From Eledone cirrhosa (lineage: Eukaryota): DNA of 64,000 bases. How positions within the stretch are numbered: position 1 is the stretch's first letter; each line of letters begins with the position of its first letter. Below, one piece after another: positions 58,180-64,000 of the stretch. Location: the NCBI GenBank assembly GCA_964016885.1, contig OZ024742.1, positions 335,854,001 through 335,918,000 on the forward strand, written 5' to 3'. The position numbers and the translations under genes are program-made. Below the pieces are notes generated by a model. It saw only the letters and a list, made by a program, of their open reading frames with translations, ran no database searches and had not been told where the DNA came from.

Positions 58180-58680
58180 TCAATCTTGTTCATGAAGGAG
58201 AGGTGAAAGTAGGCACCGTAGCCAGAATCCGACATATATATTGAGTGGTTTCGACTTAGCACCAGTTATCCGAACAAAAGTACTAGGGCATTCATATAGT
58301 GACTTCATCGCAACAAGATGCTGTCCATCATTCCCATACTCATGCAAAACCTTCCCCAACAAATCCTGTGTCATGCGATCGTGTACCTTTTCGAAGTCCA
58401 TATAACAAGCAAAACCCCCTTGGCAATACGCACACAATTTCTTGGTGATTTGCTGCGCAGTGAATATTTAGTCAGCTTTGACAATATCCCTACTTCTCCT
58501 TATCAGACACATCGCATAGACGTTACTAGAGAGGCTTAGTAAAGAGAGCCATCTATAAGTGGAGTAATGTTCTTACTGACTACTATTGCTTTCATGTCTT
58601 TCCAGATATCCAGGACATCTAGCACACACGAGTCAGTCGAATTTCATCCTCACCAGAGGTGTTGTCACATTTGAACACTA
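58180..58680 (-). mobile_element. Degraded RTE RT fragment (family of 31760-33750)
   Basis: CYMDFEKVHDR, SLYECPSTFVRI and CLLSPLL. Confidence 0.7.
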
Positions 58681-58893
58681 ACGTGCGTTCTCTCCACCCA
58701 GAATCTTTTAACGCTTCCCCCTCTTCTCACTCTTCTCTATATTTCTATTTCTTCTTTTATTTCTTATTCTATCTCCTGAAGAAGAACTAACATCCGAAAT
58801 GTTAAAACTCTCTTCGAACAATATCAAGCGTTAAACTATATATATATATATATCAAGTAAGAATATTTTCGAAACAGCGAGAGGGTTTAAAAT

Positions 58894-59766
<873 letters not shown>

Positions 59767-60141
59767 ATATATTAACAAATGGAAACTATATTTGTAAAAC
59801 CATATTTATTTCATAAATATGGTTTTGTAAATATAATTTCCATTGCCCGTGGATTATCTGTTACAAATACACCCAGGGCGAACAGATTAATCCCTAATCT
59901 GTCCGAGTGATATAATTGTTATTGAGGCGGTTTGTATAATATAATTTTATTTAATTTCATTATTCTGTCTGCTTCATGGTTAAATATTTCAAACAAATGT
60001 GGTTCTTCAACCCCTGTAATATTAGACACACGATTTACTGTGTTCCTTACTACATATATTATTATTGTTATAATGCTCAGTATTTATACTTTGAGCTTGT
60101 TAATTACAGAGTTTCAGTATGAGTTATTAACTCTAACTTTC

Positions 60142-60189
<48 letters not shown>

Positions 60190-60246
60190 TACAAATCAAC
60201 GGAGTACAACACATCAAAACGATACAGTATAATGGAGGATATATAT

Positions 60247-60443
<197 letters not shown>

Positions 60444-60596
60444 TATATAGAGAGAGAATATTTACGGATCGAGAGAGTGAAAAGGAGGGATAGGTGATAC
60501 ATGTAGTTATTTGCCAAATAGCGTATGCATATATATATATATATGATGGCTTCCCCCTCGTTATCGAGTATGGCCATTGCACGAGAAAAAACCCCC

Positions 60597-60652
<56 letters not shown>

Positions 60653-60653
<1 letters not shown>

Positions 60654-61115
60654 CAAATAGACCTGATATAATATTGAAGGACTTTCAAAGGAGGGTATGC
60701 CTGCTAATTGATATGTCTGTTCCAATAGACAAGAATGTATCTATAAAAACATTTGAAAAATTGAGCAAGTATAAGGACCTGGAGATAGAAATTGGAAAAA
60801 TGTGGAAATTGAGAACTAAAACAATACCAGTGGTTGTAGGCGCTCTGGGAATGATACCTAAGGGGTCTAACGACTACTTATCGCAAATCCCAGGAAACCC
60901 GCGTATAGGAGAAATACAAAAGATAGTACTAATGGGAACTGCCCATATACTAAGGAAGATCCTGTCAATATAAGTACATCACAAGTCTAAACACTAAGGA
61001 TGCATGTGTGAATATGTGTGTTCTTTCTTGAACATGGCGGACCTTGTTGTCTCTTGAGGTCACTGGTTGTGACTTGGTGATAACTCGTATAAACATAAAG
61101 CAAGATAAATGCAAA
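60653..61115 (+). mobile_element. 5'-truncated Dong/R4-like RLE retrotransposon, copy 1
   Basis: NRPDIILKD...LIDMSVP...KLSKYKDL...IPVVVGALG...LMGTAHILRK (PD-(D/E)xK RLE). (TAA)n on both sides. Confidence 0.85.
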
Positions 61116-61136
61116 TAATAATAATAATAATAATAA

Positions 61137-62490
61137 AACGGAATCCAGATACCAACAGGTGAGATGATAAAGGAAATTGACTCTGAGGAAGGATACAAGT
61201 ATTTGGGCGTTCTGGAGGCTGATGACATCAAGAACAAAAAAATGAAGGAATTGATAAGAACTGAATACCTTCGGAGAGTAAGGAGCGTATTAAAGTCACA
61301 TCTGAACAGTAGGAATGCCATAAGTGCAGTAAATTCCCGAGCTGTGTCTATTATTAGGTACAGTGCGGGAATTCTGAGATGGAATGTTGTTGAACAAAAA
61401 GAAATGGATAGGAAGACTAGGAAGCTATTGACTATCTACATGTTCCACAAGAGGAGTGATGTCGATAGACTCTACTTAAGGAGATCTGAGGGTGGAAGAG
61501 GTCTTATCAGCATAGAGGACTGTGTTCAGATGGAGAAAAACAACCTACACAAATACGTGACTGATAGTAAGGAGTCAATGCTCAGAACTGTACTGAAGGA
61601 GGGGACAATAGGCCAGGGGATGTCCAAGGAGGAAATAACATCAAGGAGAAAGAGCAGCCTTCATGAAAAATCCCTTCATAGTACCTTCTTTGAGAGAACT
61701 GAATTTAGAGATCCGCAGACATGGAACTGGTTGAAAAGAGGAGACCTTAAAAAGGCTACAAAAGGAATGTTAATGGCTGCGCAGGAGTAGGCCCTCAAAA
61801 CGAAGTGGTTGAAACACCACATTTACAAGGAGGAGGCTAGCCCACTGTGCAGGATCTGTGGAGAGAGAGAGGAGACTGTAGCTCACATTGTATCCGAGTG
61901 TAAACACCTAGCCCAGACTCACTATAAGGGCTGGAGACATGATGTGATGGGCAGGGTGATCCACTGGCACCTATGCAAAGTAAACAATTTACCACATTCT
62001 GAGAAGTGGTATGAGCATAAGCCAGGTGATAGAAAACGATCAGGTGAAGGTGCTGTGGGATTTTAGGGTACAGACGGACAAGAAACTGGAACACAATAGA
62101 CTTTACCTGGTGGTTTTGGACAAAGAAAATAGATCGTGCCTGATTGTGGATGTTGCCTTCCCATTCGACACGAGAGTGCAAGAGAAGGAGAGGGAGAAAA
62201 TTAACCGATACCAGGACTTAAAGTGGGAGGTAAAAAGGATTTGGAACTGCCATGAAGTCAAAGTGATCCCGATTGTCATAGGCGCACTAGGGACTATCAC
62301 AAAAGGTTTCCAGGGATGGTTAAAGAAAATTGGCCCCTTCACGCTTTTTGGAACGCTTCGAAAGGCATGCTTGCTGGGAACAGCAAGAACCCTCCGATAC
62401 GTCCTGAATATCTGAGGCTGCAGGTAGTGGCTTGATATTCATTTCAACAAACTTTCCAGTTAACTAACATCAATGACTGAGACTCAAAGA
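61137..62490 (+). mobile_element. 5'-truncated Dong/R4-like RLE retrotransposon, copy 2 (RT end, CCHC knuckle, RLE; one stop and one frameshift)
   Basis: YKYLGVLE, GGRGL, CRICGEREETVAHIVSEC, RHD, IVDVAFP and IPIVIGALG. (TAA)-type repeats on both sides. Confidence 0.88.
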
Positions 62491-62507
62491 GTAATAACAA
62501 TAATAAT

Positions 62508-64000
62508 GATTTCTTTATTAACCACAAGGGTTTACATAAAGTAGACATTAAGGACAGTGCAGGACAATACAGGGCGGTACAAATGGGCATTTCTGCGTGT
62601 AAAAAACAAAAACAGAGGATGTAACAATAAAATAACAATGAAAAATTCCCCAATAGGGGGGAGACTTCGGAGGGACATTTGTGGAGAAAGCCCAGTAAAA
62701 GGCCACAGTGACCCTGACTACCAAAGCAAGTGCCCTCTCCCAGTTTTCCACCTTTAATTTACAGATACGTACTCAGAGTAGGCCCATTCACTCGGGCAAT
62801 TCTTGCTTCTCTCACCCATCTTTCAACAAAATGCTGCGAAGAGAGCACTTCCCTCTCTACTCTGATTTTCCTTTTCAAATGAAATTTGAAAAAGTCAATC
62901 AGGGCATCACCAAAGAGGTAAGTGCTCGTCTTCAGCCCTTTCAAACGTGTCCACCATACTATCTCTTTCGCCATGGCCACCAGACAGATAAAAACTGCCT
63001 GCCCTTCCCGGCTAAAGGAAGAGAGCGGGGCAATCCTCACGATGGACTCAGATGATAGCCGGATCCATCCTACACGCGACAGCAGGTGTTCGACATAAAC
63101 CCACAAGTCAGGAATTTTCGGACACTGGACGAGTGCGTGCAGGACGGTTTCGTCGCACTGCGCGCATCTCGGACATGCCCGGCTGACGGCACCTCCATGC
63201 CTGTAGAGTTTATCCCGAACTGGCAAGGCTCCTCGGTAGCACTGCCAGGCCAGAGATTTCTGGAAATTGTCCATAGGTCCCGGCCCGAAAGTTCTCCCGA
63301 AGAGATTGGCTAGTTGATTTTCGTCGACGCTTAGAGTTTCTCCAAGTACGTCGTCGCTCTTCCCCTCCACTAATCCTCTATAGAACGCCGAGGTGGAGTT
63401 TCCACCGATCACATTGCCCGATTGGTCGAGGGCTGTGAGCGCCTGAAGACATTCCAGTCTCCAGGCGCTCCCTCTCGGTCTTCGCTTGACCCAGGACTGC
63501 AGCCCCGTCAAGGAAACGAGCTGGGGAAATACGTGTCTAGCAAACGGCGACCACATATGATCACCGTCGAGGAAGAGGTGGAGATGTCGTAGCCTGAGCG
63601 CGTGTCTGCGCATCATCAGCCACGGCATTCCCAGCCCTCCACGTAGCGGGTGTTGACAGCAGATGGACCGCCTGACCATCGGAGCGCGTCCCTTCCACAA
63701 AAAGCGAAAGAGCAAACGCTACAGGGCAGTCAGGCGGGGCTTGAGACAAGGTACGATGGTCAGGCTGTAGCAGATGACAGACGCGATGTACGCGTTAGCC
63801 ACCTCCGCTCGACCTTTCAGGGATAGCTTCCTCTCCGCCCATGTCTGGGTGAGAGAAGCCACCCTGCTCGTCACCTCGTCCCAGTTTTTGACCGTCTGGA
63901 GGTCCGGACCGAACCAGACCCCTAGCAATTTAACCGGTCCGTCCGTCCAGCGTCCGACGACGCTGTTGGACGGCATGGACCTGCCTCTCCAGGTGCCGAG
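62508..64000 (-). mobile_element. Tx1/L1-clade LINE 3' part (runs off the window)
   Basis: ORF2 C-terminus homologous to 24316-25560, with CPRCAQCDETVLHALVQC. Ends gtggttaataaagaaa. Confidence 0.9.

Overview
This is a eukaryotic, AT-rich, microsatellite-saturated window with no recognisable intact host protein-coding gene. The repeat repertoire suggests an invertebrate, most likely a cephalopod or other mollusc (inference, not verified). It contains: a near-intact RTE LINE with a single in-frame stop and three C-terminal C2H2 fingers; an apparently full-length Tx1/L1-clade LINE plus four fragments; Dong/R4-like RLE elements sitting in (TAA)n; several decayed RTE fragments; two tRNA-type SINE families; MITEs and foldbacks; and a 29-copy 71-bp tandem array. 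The most coherent hidden system is a set of about 10 minimal type-I hammerhead ribozymes, four with intact cores. They lie in the 3' regions of Penelope-like GIY-YIG elements and in short foldback remnants, and one foldback has its apex at the predicted ribozyme cleavage site. Most ORFs in the supplied track are microsatellite artefacts.
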